Position numbers and translations under genes: made by a program. Below are positions 1 through 13,600 of a stretch of DNA of 64,000 nucleotides, in pieces. Under the pieces are notes generated by a model, which was given only the letters and a program-made list of their open reading frames with translations, did no database searches and was not told where the DNA came from. This stretch comes from Eledone cirrhosa (taxonomy: Eukaryota): NCBI GenBank assembly GCA_964016885.1, contig OZ024743.1, positions 80,786,001-80,850,000 of the forward strand, read 5' to 3'. Within the stretch, counting starts at the first letter, position 1; every line of letters begins with the position of its first letter.

Positions 1-479
1 ACACATTACTTCAAATTTCATTTCCCAATTTTAGAATCAATTCAAATAATACATTCAAAAATACTTCATCAACTGACTACCCTACCCCCGCCTAGAATCC
101 AAAATGGCGCATGTCGTCACCTTTTATTAAGATATGTCACGTTGTTATTAATTTTAGATGGCACAGCGATTATTATGACATATTTCATATAGAAATCGAT
201 ATTAAAACCACATTAGCATTTATATAGATGGTTTATTCCCCACTGCTTCATCGAAAGTATTCAAGACGTAAATCTTTTGACATTTTCAAAATGTAAAAGT
301 TATATAAGATTATATTACTTTTCGGGATCAAATGTTTCGAGTTTGGTGGACTGGAATAACTTATGTTGTATACGTGTTTTGTCTGTGTTTGTGTTAATTA
401 TGCATGTAAGTAATTATGCATATATCTATATATATAGCATTTTCCTTATATTCTTGGCCATACAAACTATATTTTTAAT

Positions 480-1258
480 ATATACTAATATTACCATTAG
501 TAAATTTTGTAAACGTATTTTTTTTTTGACGTTATATATTTTTTATTCCTTAAATTTTCTTCTTTCTTCTCTCCTTCCGTGCTCGTATTAAACCTATTAT
601 TTACTTTTTCATATTACAATACATAGAAACAAACTTAGACCCTAACTAATTCCTCTAAGTTCATAATTCATTTAATCTCTTCTTCATTCACCTTATCTCC
701 TTAATATTTTTATTTTAATAATACATATTAATAAATTCCTTTTCGCACATATTAAACCCTTCAATATATAAACCTTAAATAAATACTATTCTTAATTCCT
801 TTTTCTTTAATCATAAACTTCACCATTCATAAACCTCATTAACTTTTAATTTAAATTTTTTTTTAAATTATGTATTATCTTACAACGGTTTTTTTAAATT
901 TCTCTCTGTGAGACAGTGTTTCTCAGTATTAAAGGCTATCTCTCTCTCTCTCTCTCACTCATTTCTCCTCCTCTCTCATCCTTCCTTCTTATACTCCTCC
1001 CCCGTTATCCTTTATTTTCTTTCTTCCTCACCTTTTCCTTCACCCTTTCTTTTCTTTTTTTTTTCCCCAATCTCATATATCCATCTTATTTTATTTTTCA
1101 TATGTAGATTTAATATTTTACTGCTCGCAAGTGTTTTTTAAGCTTCATATTATGTCTCCCTATTTTATCTGATGAGAACGCAAATATCATCCCATGATAT
1201 TTGTTTTTGAAATGCGCATAATAAAATACATGGAACTCTTTTAACCATCTTTTGATCT

Positions 1259-1260
<2 letters not shown>
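480..1260 (+). mobile_element. PLE 3' UTR/pseudo-LTR (family A), ending in a (TA)n tract
   Basis: Homologous to 62240-63048, which follows a PLE RT/GIY-YIG remnant; carries the family A HHR. Confidence 0.8.
1161..1228 (+). ncRNA. Type I hammerhead ribozyme, family A
   Basis: TATTTTAT-CTGATGA-stem II (CAAATATCAT/ATGATATTTG)-GAAA-TGCGCA-TA-ATAAAATA; 8-bp stem I, palindromic stem III. Confidence 0.9.
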
Positions 1261-1354
<94 letters not shown>

Positions 1355-1441
1355 AAATTGAGATAAGCGGAGCAAGCAAGATTCAAACAATTTTTTTAAA
1401 TAAATTAAAAAATATAATTTAAATATTTACCTATTCCAATT

Positions 1442-1523
1442 GCTTTTACCGAACGGTTTCACTTCACAAAAGATTGGAGATCCCTGGGGACTTCCAATGG
1501 AAAAGTTTAGATCATCAGAAAGC
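1442..1523 (-). ncRNA. Type I hammerhead ribozyme with long stem II
   Basis: Minus strand GCTTT-CTGATGA-(~50 nt hairpin)-GAAA-CCGTTCGG-TA-AAAGC. Confidence 0.75.
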
Positions 1524-2012
1524 ATTTTCCTTTCCTAGGACAAAAAGTCCCAGGAACAGCAAAATATATTGCCATCTGCCAGCTAGCACAGGTTCGAATG
1601 GGGCCGAAAATTTGACCTATGCATGAACCAGTCCATAGTAATACCATAGAACAACCCCTGTATCATAGAAACCCTATATATTACCAGGGGTACTTAGTAC
1701 CTGTGGGGATATTAACTTCTTTTATATATATATATATACACATTTTTTCTTCTAACTTTGATTTTGTACCTAATTGTGTATGGTTGACGATATATCTAAT
1801 CGATTTCCACTTGCTATTAGAAATGTTGGGTAAATATTCTATGGTTGTTGATCGCGGATAGATAGGTATCTTTTATTTATCTATTGTTTCTTCATAGGTG
1901 CCTTTTAATCTTATAGCCCTGTTTAATTGTTTTTTTGTGTGGCCGATTATGCTGATTGGGAGAGGAAATAATGTATATATTTTATCAAATGATTCTATGG
2001 ACATACTTTATC

Positions 2013-2511
<499 letters not shown>

Positions 2512-2547
2512 TTGAGAATAAACAGGCTGTGTAGTTGCTGGATAAGG

Positions 2548-2701
2548 AATACTTATAAAAAGAGGAAAGCAAGAAAGGGAGAAAATACGCCCCTGTGGGG
2601 AGACGTATTATCTAAATGCGTTGAAATTTCCAAGACCATCAGCAGACAAATTATGAAGGAACATTTTCTCCCGTTCCTGCTTTCCTCTTTTTATAAGTAT
2701 T
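2548..2701. repeat. Small fold-back element between (TA)n tracts
   Basis: AATACTTATAAAAAGAGGAAAGC... (2548-2586) is inverted at 2663-2701. Confidence 0.7.
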
Positions 2702-2717
2702 ATATATATATAAGGTT

Positions 2718-2768
2718 AGTTTCAGAAGATCCCTTTAAAGGTGAAAGCAGTGATTCTTTGCTTAAACT
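2718..2768 (+). ncRNA. Hammerhead-like motif with CAGAAGA (U4A) core, family C
   Basis: AGTTT-CAGAAGA-TCCCTTTAAAGGT-GAAA-GCA...TGC-TT-AAACT; second copy at 23797. Confidence 0.65.
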
Positions 2769-2829
2769 TTAATCTGTTATTTTAATAATTAATATATATA
2801 TATATATATATACTTTTTTGTTAACTAGG

Positions 2830-3100
2830 TCAATCGACACATAACCGGTCGCTCTCCAACAGGTTCACGGTGTTACCCTTGGCAGTGGAGACTTCTGGTG
2901 TCCTTGGCCCTAGGGCTACCTCCCTACTTACCACCATAGGCGCTGAGCTGACCAGTCGCAGGTGTGATTCTCGCGAGCTGGAATGGCTGTTCCAGCGCAT
3001 CTCCCTTACCATTCTCAGGGGAAACGCCTTCTCCATCCTTTCCGCCGGGGCTGTGGGGAGCGCAACACGTGGGCCCCCATTTGCCCACCATACGGAGTAA
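2830..3100 (+). pseudogene. C-terminal fragment of a REL-endonuclease non-LTR retrotransposon (CRE-like)
   Basis: FTVLPLAVETSGVLG...LFQRISLTILRGNAFSIL matches the typical REL C-terminal motifs. Confidence 0.7.
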
Positions 3101-3430
3101 TAGGCAAAGTTAAAAAACTATTGTAAACTTGAAAGTTGGAAATATATAAATATGATAAGAAATGTTTGCATTACCAATGGTTTCGTATATGTAATCACGT
3201 CTAACTTCCTCACACGTCTAGAAACAAGTAAGAAAATAAGATGGTGGATATTCTCCATGATATGGTCATTGATGCATTGGTGGAAGTGTGTCTGAGGATG
3301 TAAGAGTGTGTATGTATATGTGTCTGTTTGTGGGTGTATGTATGTGTGTCTGTTCGTGGGTGTATGTGTGTGTATGTTTCTACGTATTGTGTATATAGTT
3401 GCGTTGAAGTGTATGTGTTCTATATATTCA

Positions 3431-3479
<49 letters not shown>

Positions 3480-3682
3480 CGAATTACTTGGTCGTTTTTT
3501 TTGCTATGCAAATGATTGTTTAACCATCGTCTCAGTGTGTTTGGCCTTTAACGTTTGTTATAGCTCTGGTTCATCTGAATCATTGAGCACTTGCCTCAAG
3601 TCTCGGAGGTTGTTTTTCGTTATTTCGTAGGCCGAAATGCGAATCTCGATAATTTATGTTTGTTTATATATATATATATATG

Positions 3683-3850
3683 TAAGCATCAACAAATGCA
3701 GAAAAAAGGCCTTGTCAGCTTTATCTCCCCCTGTTTGCTGAAATTAAAGTAAGTGAGTCTGTCACTACTCTAAAACAATAGCATACGGTCTTCAAAATGC
3801 TTTTAATTAAGCATAAAGTGTATTGCAAAATACACTATATATACATTCAT
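3683..3850 (+). mobile_element. 5'-truncated copy of the HHR family H element
   Basis: Reverse-complement similarity to 27130-27275; keeps GAAA-AAAGGCCTTG-TC-AGCT but lacks an intact 5' core strand. Confidence 0.6.
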
Positions 3851-3877
3851 ATATATATGGCTATTTCAGAGCACCAA

Positions 3878-3944
<67 letters not shown>

Positions 3945-4123
3945 CGGTTTGTTGGTTCACCACTGGTCCTTCCGCATGGTCAACCTCGATGTAATATAAT
4001 GGAGAGCACTCAACGTAATGCAACTCACACGTCTTTATTTGTGTTGTTGGTGGTGCGAGTACGGAGTTAATTATTATAAAATAACAGGAGCCTGGACTGC
4101 TGTAATTCCTTAAAAGGTTTATT

Positions 4124-4181
4124 ATACTATGATCATTTCAATGACCGGGTTCAGTATGAATCCGGTGACATCATCAGGTAT
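4124..4181 (-). ncRNA. Type I hammerhead ribozyme, family D
   Basis: Minus strand ATAC-CTGATGA-stem II-GAAA-TGATCA-TA-GTAT. Confidence 0.8.
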
Positions 4182-4322
4182 TCGAAATATAATAAAGGAA
4201 TATAATAGACAAACTTGAGGGCGGTTGACCGGGATGGTAGCTGCTAAATGTTCGGTCGCCTTCATGTCTCTGATTTTCAGCTCCATGTATTTTGTCTATT
4301 ATATTTGTTTGTTATATTTCGA

Positions 4323-4380
4323 ATACCTGATGATGTCACTGGTTTCGTACTGAACCCGGTCATTGAAATGGTCATAGTAT
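4323..4380 (+). ncRNA. Type I hammerhead ribozyme, family D
   Basis: ATAC-CTGATGA-stem II-GAAA-TGGTCA-TA-GTAT. Confidence 0.8.
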
Positions 4381-4785
4381 AATAAATCTTTCAAGTAATT
4401 ACACCAGTCCAGCTTCCTGTTATTTTATAATAGATATATATATATACATATATACGTATATTTATATATATATATTTATACACACACAGACTCACACTAT
4501 ATATATATATAGTGCGTGTGTACATATAGTGTTTATATCACTGGTTACGTGACCAAATGTAATACATTTCCCGTAGAAAATACAGTTAGTAACGAGAAAA
4601 TGAGCAGTGTGAACAAATTGGTGGACATGTGATAAAAAAGACTGCAACAATGACAAGAACAATAATTTCCCCAAAGGAATGGAACGTTAAAAGTATAGGA
4701 TGCACTCACACCTACATACACACATAAACGCACACAGGTTGCATGCACATACCAGAAATTCACACACAGCAACACATACATACAC

Positions 4786-4878
<93 letters not shown>

Positions 4879-4883
4879 TTAAT

Positions 4884-4949
<66 letters not shown>

Positions 4950-6506
4950 TTGTTCTACGTGGATGACCTGAAACTATTTGCAAAAAATGATGAACAATTG
5001 CAAGGGCTATTATCCACTGTGGAGCAGTTCAGTGATGACATTAAAATGGAGTTTGGACTAGATAAATGCGCCAATGCAACGTTCACCAGAGGAAAGCTCC
5101 TGAAGAATTCGGACATTAATCTTGATTGAGGGAATGTGATAAGAGAACTTGATCAAGAGGAAACTTACAAATATCTAGGTGTTTGTGAAGGAGACGGAAT
5201 CAAGCACTCGACAATGAGGGAAAGGATAAGGAAGGAATGTTACCGCAGAGTAAGAGCAATCTTAAGAACGGAATTGAATGCAAGGAATAGGATCGATGCC
5301 ATAAACACGCTTGCCATACCAGTAGTAACCTACAGTTACAATGTCATCAACTGGTCAAGCACAGAGATCCGTAGGCTCGATACAAAAATTCGAAAATTCT
5401 TAACCATGCACAGAATACATCACCCTAAGGCAGATACAGATAGAATATATCTCCCTAGGAAAGAAGGAGGACGTGGGTTAATCCAGTTAGACATTGCGTT
5501 GAAAACTGCAACAATTGGATTATCTACATATCTAAGGGAATCACATGATTGGATGATCAAACTCGTTTTGAAACACGAAAGCATCAAAAGATCATACTCC
5601 ATTACAAAAGATGCACAAAGATACAGTAATGGACTACACATTTCAGAAGTCCCATTTACTGCTGAAATGGAAAACACAGAAAAAGCAAAGCAGGTAAAAG
5701 TAACTGCAAAGAAAGAACTGCTACAGAAACTGGCTAAGAAATGGCAAGAAAAGCCTCTGTATGGAAAATACCCAGAACAAGCTAACAATCCTGATGTTGA
5801 CAAAACTTTAACCCATCAGTGGTTGGCATCCTCTGGACTGAAATCGGAGACTGAAGGACTGATTATATCAGCACAAGATCAGTGTCTGCCAACAAAAAAT
5901 TACCAAGCCAACATAATAAAAAATGGATGCAGCCCATTATGCCGTGTATGCAAAAAACAACCAGAGACCATTGACCATATAATTTCAATGTGCAGTCCTA
6001 TAGCTCCAACCGAATACCTAAACAGGCATGACAGAGCTGCACAATACATACATTGGATAATGTGTAAGCATTTTGACCTGCCCCATCAAAAGAATTGGTG
6101 GGAGCATCAACCACCTCCCATACTTGAAAAAGATCACATCTCAATCTTGTGGAACTTTAGCATCCAAACAGACCGAAAAATAGATGCAAATAGACCTGAT
6201 ATAATATTGAAGGACTTTAAAAAGAGGGTATGCCTGCTAATTGATATGTCCGTTCCAATAGACAAGAATGTATCTATAAAAACATTTGAAAAATTGAGCA
6301 AGTATAAGTACCTGGAGATAGAAATTGGAAAAATGTGGAAATTGAGAACTAAAACAATACCAGTGGTTGTAGGCGCTCTAGGAATGATACCTAAGGGGTC
6401 TAATGATTATTTATCGCAAATCCCAGGAAATCCGCGTATAGGAGAAATACAAAAGATAGTACTAATGGGAACTGCCCATATACTAAGGAAGATTCTGTCA
6501 ATATAA
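4950..6506 (+). pseudogene. RT C-terminus, CCHC zinc knuckle and restriction-like endonuclease (one in-frame TGA at 5127-5129)
   Basis: YVDD; YKYLG; CRVCKKQPETIDHIISMC; RHD; RPDIILKD...LIDMSVP...KLSKY; ORFs 4743 and 5136 share a frame. Confidence 0.9.
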
Positions 6507-6650
6507 GTACATCACAAGTCTAAACACTAAAGATGCATGTGTGAATATATATGTTCTTTCTTGAACATGGCGGACCTTGTTGTCTCTTGAGGTCACTGGT
6601 TGTGACTTGGTGATAACTCGTATGAACATAAAGCAAGATAAATGCAGCTG
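4950..6650 (+). mobile_element. 5'-truncated Dong/R4-clade non-LTR retrotransposon in a (TAA)n microsatellite
   Basis: Starts at RT motif YVDDLKL right after (AAT)n; short 3' UTR then (TAA)n; Dong elements are known to target (TAA)n. Confidence 0.9.
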
Positions 6651-6720
6651 TAATAATAATAATAATAATAATAATTGTTTCTACTTTTGGCACAAGGCCA
6701 GCAATTATCCCATTGCATTA

Positions 6721-6810
<90 letters not shown>

Positions 6811-6814
<4 letters not shown>

Positions 6815-8204
6815 TAAAAATGAAAAGAAAACAAACAGACAGACAGAGAAGGGAAAAAAACCATACATTCACCAATCCTCGATAAGAGTGTTTTAATGTC
6901 GAACCTAAACAGTTCGAATAACGGTGAAGTGGAGACTGGAATGTCATGTGACAGACTCTCACCCAGCAGGTGGTCCCTGGCTCAGCAGCATGGATCTGGC
7001 TGTCAACAAAATACTGCTGGTGTCGGAGGAAGAAGAAGGAAAGGGACCAGAACCAACTGGACGAAAGAATTGAATAGAACTGTTATGCAATGTTACCTGA
7101 AAAGTAACCCCAAGGAGAGGGGCTATAGGAAACGGATGCATAACATCTGGAACGAGATTGGTCTATTTAAATTAGATGAACAAAAATTGGCCGGGCAGGC
7201 TCGGGTAATAAGAACTAATGGGTGGATAAGCGAGCTGGAACTGGAGGAACTGAGCAGAGAGATTAGGTTGGAAATGGAGAGTGGAGTATGCCAGGCAAAC
7301 GAGCCAGTGGGAAATGAAGGTGAAGAGGTTGAGAGAACGGAGGAACCATCCGAAGCAGACAATGATCTGAATGCTGAAATAAATAATACCTGGAACGCTT
7401 TACCTCACATAATACGGCCATTAAGGAGATGAATGTTGACCGGCTAGGACAAGATTTGGTTGATATCCTAAACTTAGTGGAGATGAATCGAACAATGATA
7501 GTGGGAAACCTATGAACCTAAGATGTGTAGACAGGAAAAAGTTAAAAGAAACAACAGCTAAGGTAAACAAAGTCATCCCATACCTTGAGGCGAGGAGCCT
7601 TCACCAGTGCAACAATATCCTCAAAGCAACAGCAAATACATTCGGAGAATAAGGAGCGTATTGAAGTCACATCTGAACAGCAGAAATGCCATAAGCGCAG
7701 TAAATTCCCGAGCTGTGTCTATTATTAGGTACAGTGCGGGAATTCTGAGATGGAATGTTGCTGAACAAAAAGAAATGGATAGGAAGACTAGGAAGCTATT
7801 GACTATCTACAACATGTTCCACAAGAGGAGTGATGTCGATAGACTCTACTTAAGGAGATCCGTATGTGGCCTGCCCATTCGACACGAGAGTGCAAGAGAA
7901 GGAGAGGGAGAAAATTAACCGATACCAGGATTTAAAATGGGAGGTAAAAAGGATTGGAACTGCCATGAAGTCAAAGTGGTCCCGATTGTCATAGGCGCAC
8001 TACGTACTATCTCAAAAAGTTTCCAGGGATGGTTAAAAAAAATTGGCCCCGCCACTCTTTTTGGAACGCTTCAAAAGGCATGCTTGCTGGGAACAGCATG
8101 AACCCTCCGATACGTCCTGAATATCTGAGGCTGCAGGTAGTGGCTTGATATTCATTTCAACAAACTTTCCAGTTAACTAACATCAATGACTGAGCCTCAA
8201 AGAA
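6811..8204 (+). mobile_element. Internally deleted Dong/R4 element of a second family, both ends apparently kept
   Basis: N-terminal WTKELNRTVMQCY...GYRKRMHNIW; post-RT YIRRIRSVLKSHLN...DRLYL; C-terminal VKVVPIVIGAL...LQKACLLGTA; (TAA)n on both sides. Confidence 0.8.
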
Positions 8205-8230
8205 CAATAATAATAATGATAATAATAATG

Positions 8231-9183
8231 CTTTCTTTATTAACCACAAGGGTTTACATAAAGTAGACATTAAGCACAGTACAGGACAATACAGGACGGT
8301 ACAAATTGGTATTTCTGCGTGCAAAAAATAAAAACAGAGGATATAACAAAAAAAATAACAATGAAAAATTCCGCAATAGGGGGGAGACTTCCGAGGGACA
8401 TTTGTGGAGAAAGCCCATTAAAAGGCCACAGTGACCCTGACCACCAGGGCAAGTGCTCTCTCCCAGTTTTCCACCTTTAATTTACAGACACATACTCAGA
8501 GTAGGCCCATTCACTCGGGCCATACTTGCTTCTCTCACCCATCTTTCAGCAAAATGCTGGGAAGAGAGCATTTCCCTCTCCACCGTGATTTTCCTTTTCA
8601 AATGAAACTTGAAAAAGTCAATCAGGGCATCACCGAAGAGGTAAGTGCTCGTGTTCAGCCCTTTCAAAGTGTCCACCATACTATCTCTTTCGCCATGGGC
8701 ACAAGACAGATAAAAACTGCCTGCCCTTCCCGGCTAAAGGAGGAGGGCGGGGCAATCCTCACGATGGACTCAGCTGATCGCCGGATCCGACCTACACGCG
8801 ACAGCAGGTGTTCGACATAAACCCACAAGTCAGCAATTTTCGGACTCTGGACGAGTGCGTGCAGGACGGTTTCGTCGCCCTGCGCGCATCTCGGACATGC
8901 CCGGCTGACGGCACCTCCATTCCTGTAGAGTTTATCCCGAACTGGCAAGGCTCCTCGGTAGCACTGCCAGGCCAGGGATTTCTGGAAGTTGCCCATAGGC
9001 CCCGGCCCGAAAGTTCTTCCGAAGAGATTGGCTAGTTGATTTTCGTCGACGCCTAGAGTTTTTCCAAGTACGTCGTCGCTCTTCCCCTCCACTAATCCTC
9101 TATAGAACGCCGAGGTGGAGTTTCCACAAATCACATTGCCCGATTGGTCGAGGGCTGTGAGCGGCTGAAGACATTCCAGTCTC
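8231..9183 (-). mobile_element. 5'-truncated Tx1/L1-clade LINE (zf-RVT region and 3' UTR)
   Basis: ALPVRDKL...CPRCAQGDETVLHAL; 3' end CCCTTGTGGTTAATAAA then (TTA)n. Confidence 0.85.
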
Positions 9184-9480
9184 AATAATAATAATAATAA
9201 TAATTTCATTTATTAGCCACAAGGGACGACATGTAGGGGACAATACAAAGACAGAGACAGTTAGGGTTTACAATAAGGTCGAGTAAAAGTGTACAATGGC
9301 AAGACTAATTTAACAATGAGGATATAAAAATATTAAATAAACTATGCATAAAAATAACAAAATAAATTCCCCGATAGGGGGTGGACGAACCTGGGGTGAC
9401 TCGGGTACCCCACCAAACCTGAACCACCCTGCGCTTCTAGGATACCCAGGGAGAGCACCCCTCTCCTCAAGTTAGCTAGC

Positions 9481-12400
9481 CTATAGGCGCATGGTCAGAG
9501 TAGGCCCATTCACACGAGCCATTCTCGCCACATTCATCCACCTAGCAAATGTACTGGGGAGCAGCACTTCTCTCTCTACCCTCACCTTCCTTGCCAGTCG
9601 AAACTTGAAGAAGTTGATGAGGGATTGGCCGAAGAGAAAAGTGTCTGTCTTCAGTCCTTTTAATCTGGTCCACCATATAACCTCTTTCGCAACTGCCACC
9701 AGACAGAGGAACATTTCCTGCTCTTCCTGACCTAAGGAAGGCGGTGGGTCGATCTTCACTATTGACTTGGCCGATAGCCGGATTCGTTCCACACGCGACA
9801 GTAGCTGTTCGACATAACTCCACAAGTCAGTAATGCACGGACTTTGGACAAGTGCGTGCAGAACGGTTTCGTCGTTCTGCTCGAAAGTCCTCCGGTACAG
9901 ACTGGTCACTTCGACTTCGTCGAGGCCCAAAGCTTCTCCGAGTGTGTCATCGCACTTGCCCACCACTATTCCTCTATAGAACTCGAGAGTGGAAGTTCCA
10001 CTGATCGCATTTCCCGCTTGGTAGAGGGCAGTGAGTGCCTGGCAACATTCCAGGCGCCAGTCACCCAGTCTCGATCTCTTCTTGACCCAGGACTGCAGCT
10101 CAGTCAAATAAATGAGCTGCGGAAAGGCCCGTCTGATAAACGGCGACCACACCTGTTCACCGTTTACGCAGAATATCTGGAGATGTCGCAGCTTCAACGC
10201 ATGTCTGCGCATTATTAGCCACGGCATGCCCAGCCCTCCGCGTAGAGGGTGCTGGCAGCAGATGGACCGCCTCACCAACGGAACTTGTCCCCTCCACAAG
10301 AATTTGAAGAGGAGCCGTTCCGACTAGACGAGGCGCGGACGGAGGCAAGGCACGACGGTCAGGCGGTAGTAGATGACGGACGCGATGTACGCATTCGCTA
10401 CCTCCGCGCTACCACTCAGTGATAGCTTCCTCCCAGCCCATTTTTGGGTGAGACTGGCTACTCTGCTCGTTACCTCGTCCCAATTCTTTTCCACCTGTAG
10501 GTCTGGTCCGAACCAAACCCCGAGCATCTTTACGGGTCCGTCCGTCCAGCGCTCCACGACGCTGTTGGACGTCAAGGGCTTGCCTCTCCAGGTTCCGAGC
10601 TGCAAGCCCATCGACTTTTCCGGGTTAAGTTTGGCTCCTGTCAACCTTTCATATTCCTTCAATAAGGTGCCGACCGCCTCGACTTCTGAGGTGTTCGACA
10701 CCATCACGGTGATGTCGTCCGCATAAGCCGACACCGCCTTTCCACGTCCCGGTTCGAACGGGATGCCATGCAACAGCTCCAGCTTCCGCAGTAAAGGCTC
10801 GAGAGTCAATACGTACAGAAGAGAAGAGAGAGGGCACCCTTGACGAACCGATCGGGAGGGCCGAAATGGTTCCGAGATGTGGCCATTAACCTTGACCACC
10901 GAGCGTGTGCCGCTGTGCATTGCAGTGATCCAGATTCTGAAGACAGGGCCGAAGCCAGCTGCTTTGAGGACAAACTCCAGATGCCGATGCTCGACCCTAT
11001 CGAATGCTTTCGATTGATCTAAATTGATCAGTGCCCCACCGAAGCTAGGTTTACACCCTACCCTCTCTATGATGTATCGCATGAGGTGGAGATTGTCGTG
11101 GATGGACTTGGCTGGGACTGCGCAAGTTTGCGCCTCCCCAACCAAATCCTCGACGACAAGCGCCAATCTCTTTGCTAACACCTTGGCCAAAATCTTAAAC
11201 TCTGTGTTGAGCAGAGTTATGGGCCTGAAGTTGTCTAATGTATCCCTCTTGTTCTCGTCTTTTCTTATCAGCGTCACCACTCCCCTGCTCACAGAGCTTG
11301 GAATACTCCCATTCTGCTGCCAGTTGCAGTAGAGTGCTTCGAGGAGTTCGGAGAACAAGTCTGGCATATTTACGTAAAGATCGTAGGGCAGGCTATCCAA
11401 ACCGGGTGACTTGCGCCTCATGCAGCCGACAAGGGCGTCCTGAATTTCGGCTGAAGTAATCGGCCTTTCGCAGCACTCAGCGTCGACCGTCGAGATGCGC
11501 GGCAAGCCGTCAAGGTAGAGACTGAAATCCGCTACTCTCTCTGACTCGCCACTCTCCCCGAACAACCGAGCAAAGTGCTGGCGAAAAGCCTAAAAAAACC
11601 GCTTGGAATCGCTTATCTCGAGTCCGTCTCGGTCCGCCAAAGACCGAATTGTGGTTTTATTACCATGCTGCGCCTCCGCCACGCGGGCCCATCGAACAGC
11701 TTTGGTTCCCTCGTTTCTCAGCGCACGCGCCTTAGCTCTGACAGTGCAACCTTCGTGTTTCGCATTGAAGAAATGGTCTAATGTCATTCTCGCCGCTAAC
11801 ACATCAGTTGCAATGCCACTACAACTAGCCTCGTCTAACTTATCTACCAGCTCCCCCTCCTTTCTATTTTTCTCTAACGCTAGTTCTTTGCTGAACTCTA
11901 TCGAAGTTACTCTAATCTCTCTTTTGAGAGCCCCCCACCATCTGTTGTTGATGATCCCCTTGTCTATTTTTGCTTAACTAAATTGTTGACTCAGTCTGTA
12001 ATCCTTACGTGCCGGAATTTACATGTTCAGCTTCCAGTAACCCGGTCCTAACCTGCGCGTTTATCTAGGTTGACCGTACAGATCACAAATTTGTGATCTG
12101 AATAGGCGACCGTTTTAAAAAGTGGGCAGTCTACACTATTTCTATCTATTTTCCTAATGAAGATCCTGTCTATATACGATCTAGATGACCCCATTCGGTT
12201 GGTCCATGTCCATACTGGCACATTGGGGTAATCTAGTCGATACCTGTCAGACAGTTGAAACTGGCTGAGTAGGTGCTTGAAGCTTTTGCACCTCCCGCTC
12301 ATATCGGCTACTCCCACACAATCCCAGCGTTCGTCTAAGATGTCATTTCAGTCCCCCGTTAACAGTAAAGGGCGAGACGTACGCAGAAAGTTCTCCAGGC

Positions 12401-12773
12401 GCCTAAATAAGTCCGGTCGTCCGGCCCTTGTAGGGGCGTAGATGGCCAGCAGTCTAAAAGCACCAACTTCGCTACTGCTCACATCCAAGACCACCAACTT
12501 ACCGTCCGGGTCCCTGAAGATCGACCTTACCTCGAGATCCAGTCCTTTCCTAAACAGCATTGCCACCCCACCTCTCATTCCCGGCCTGCTAACAGGTGCG
12601 AAGATCTGATAGTCGTCGAAAATGGGGGCTAGTGCCCGCGTGTCGGAAATTCTGGTCTCGCTGACGGCAATCACATCGATTTCCAGCGACCTGAGGTCGT
12701 TGAGAAGGCGGCCCTTCTTCCAGGGTGACCCCAGGCCGCGAACATTTAAACTTCCTACTCTTAATATAGCCAT
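9481..12773 (-). pseudogene. LINE ORF2 (APE endonuclease + reverse transcriptase) with stops and frameshifts
   Basis: SLNVRGL, VSET, GD*ND, SYIDRIF, SDH, GYWKLN, SPGLD, FRPITLLN, DQSKAFD, VRQGCPLS, YADD, GGLG; the zf-RVT CxxC is deleted relative to the 8231 copy. Confidence 0.92.
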
Positions 12774-12802
12774 GTTGGCAAGCTAAAAGAGAGAGGGAAG
12801 GT

Positions 12803-13600
12803 TTACTTAACTCCCGGGGTCTTATTAAGGTCGGGTCGTTCGATCTCCATGGTTGGTGGGGTTTCTTTTGGGAACCCCTTTAAAAGTCTCGATGTGGGTT
12901 TCACATTCGGGGTTCCCATGTCTTGAGGAAAGCTCTCTCGAATTCCTTTGAAGGAATCGAGTGATATTCGGACCAGAAGCACGCAAAAAGCAGCCTCGAC
13001 CTCTGCTTGGCTGGTGAGGTAAACTTTGCGTGTCTGCACTGAAATGCATCGAAAGTACACCATCCTCCTTTGCACGGCCGCTATTTCCTCGTCTGGGATG
13101 GTCAGGTTTTCCCAGGACTTCTCTCGTTTAATTAACCTCCACACCAGGGCCAACTGTTGCTCCTTATCGCGAATATCCACATTGAAAAAGCGCTTTGTTT
13201 TCGCTGCTGCCGCTGCAAAGGTGACGCCTCCATTGCTCTTGTTGTTGGTGTTGTCGTTCTTGCTCTTGTTGTTGGTGTTGTTGTTGTTGTTTTGTTTGTT
13301 GCTGTTTCCGTTGCCGCCGCCATCAGTGTTTACATTGTTTACATTGAGGCTGTCGGTGTTATGGTCGTTGTTGTTCTGAGTTGTTGTTGTGTTGATGGTG
13401 GTGGTGGTGGTGGTGGCGGCGGTGGAGGTGGTGATGTCATTTTGAGATGGTACTGCTACTGTCTTGTTTCTGTATTCAGTGGGATGGGTGACAGGCTTGT
13501 CTGTTGCAGTAGTAGTAGTAGTTGTGGTTAGATTTATAGTGGCTGTATTTGAACTTTTGACCAGTATGTTGTTTACTGTTTCAAGGTCGAAATTTTCCAT
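12803..13600 (-). CDS. LINE ORF1-like protein (T/N-rich N-terminus, probably internally deleted)
   Basis: 265-aa ATG ORF immediately upstream of APE; VTFAAAAAK motif typical of LINE ORF1; no zinc knuckle seen. Confidence 0.55.
   Translation of the reverse strand: MENFDLETVNNILVKSSNTATINLTTTTTTTATDKPVTHPTEYRNKTVAVPSQNDITTSTAATTTTTTINTTTTQNNNDHNTDSLNVNNVNTDGGGNGNSNKQNNNNNTNNKSKNDNTNNKSNGGVTFAAAAAKTKRFFNVDIRDKEQQLALVWRLIKREKSWENLTIPDEEIAAVQRRMVYFRCISVQTRKVYLTSQAEVEAAFCVLLVRISLDSFKGIRESFPQDMGTPNVKPTSRLLKGFPKETPPTMEIERPDLNKTPGVK

Larger units (their letters stand above)
4074..4430. mobile_element. Fold-back element with ~120-bp inverted arms, each with an HHR (family D)
   Basis: Arms 4074-4193 and 4311-4430 are reverse complements. 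Confidence 0.85.

Noticed and set aside
5127-5129. In-frame TGA as programmed readthrough or selenocysteine
   Set aside because: The copy is 5'-truncated and non-functional; a simple nonsense mutation is sufficient
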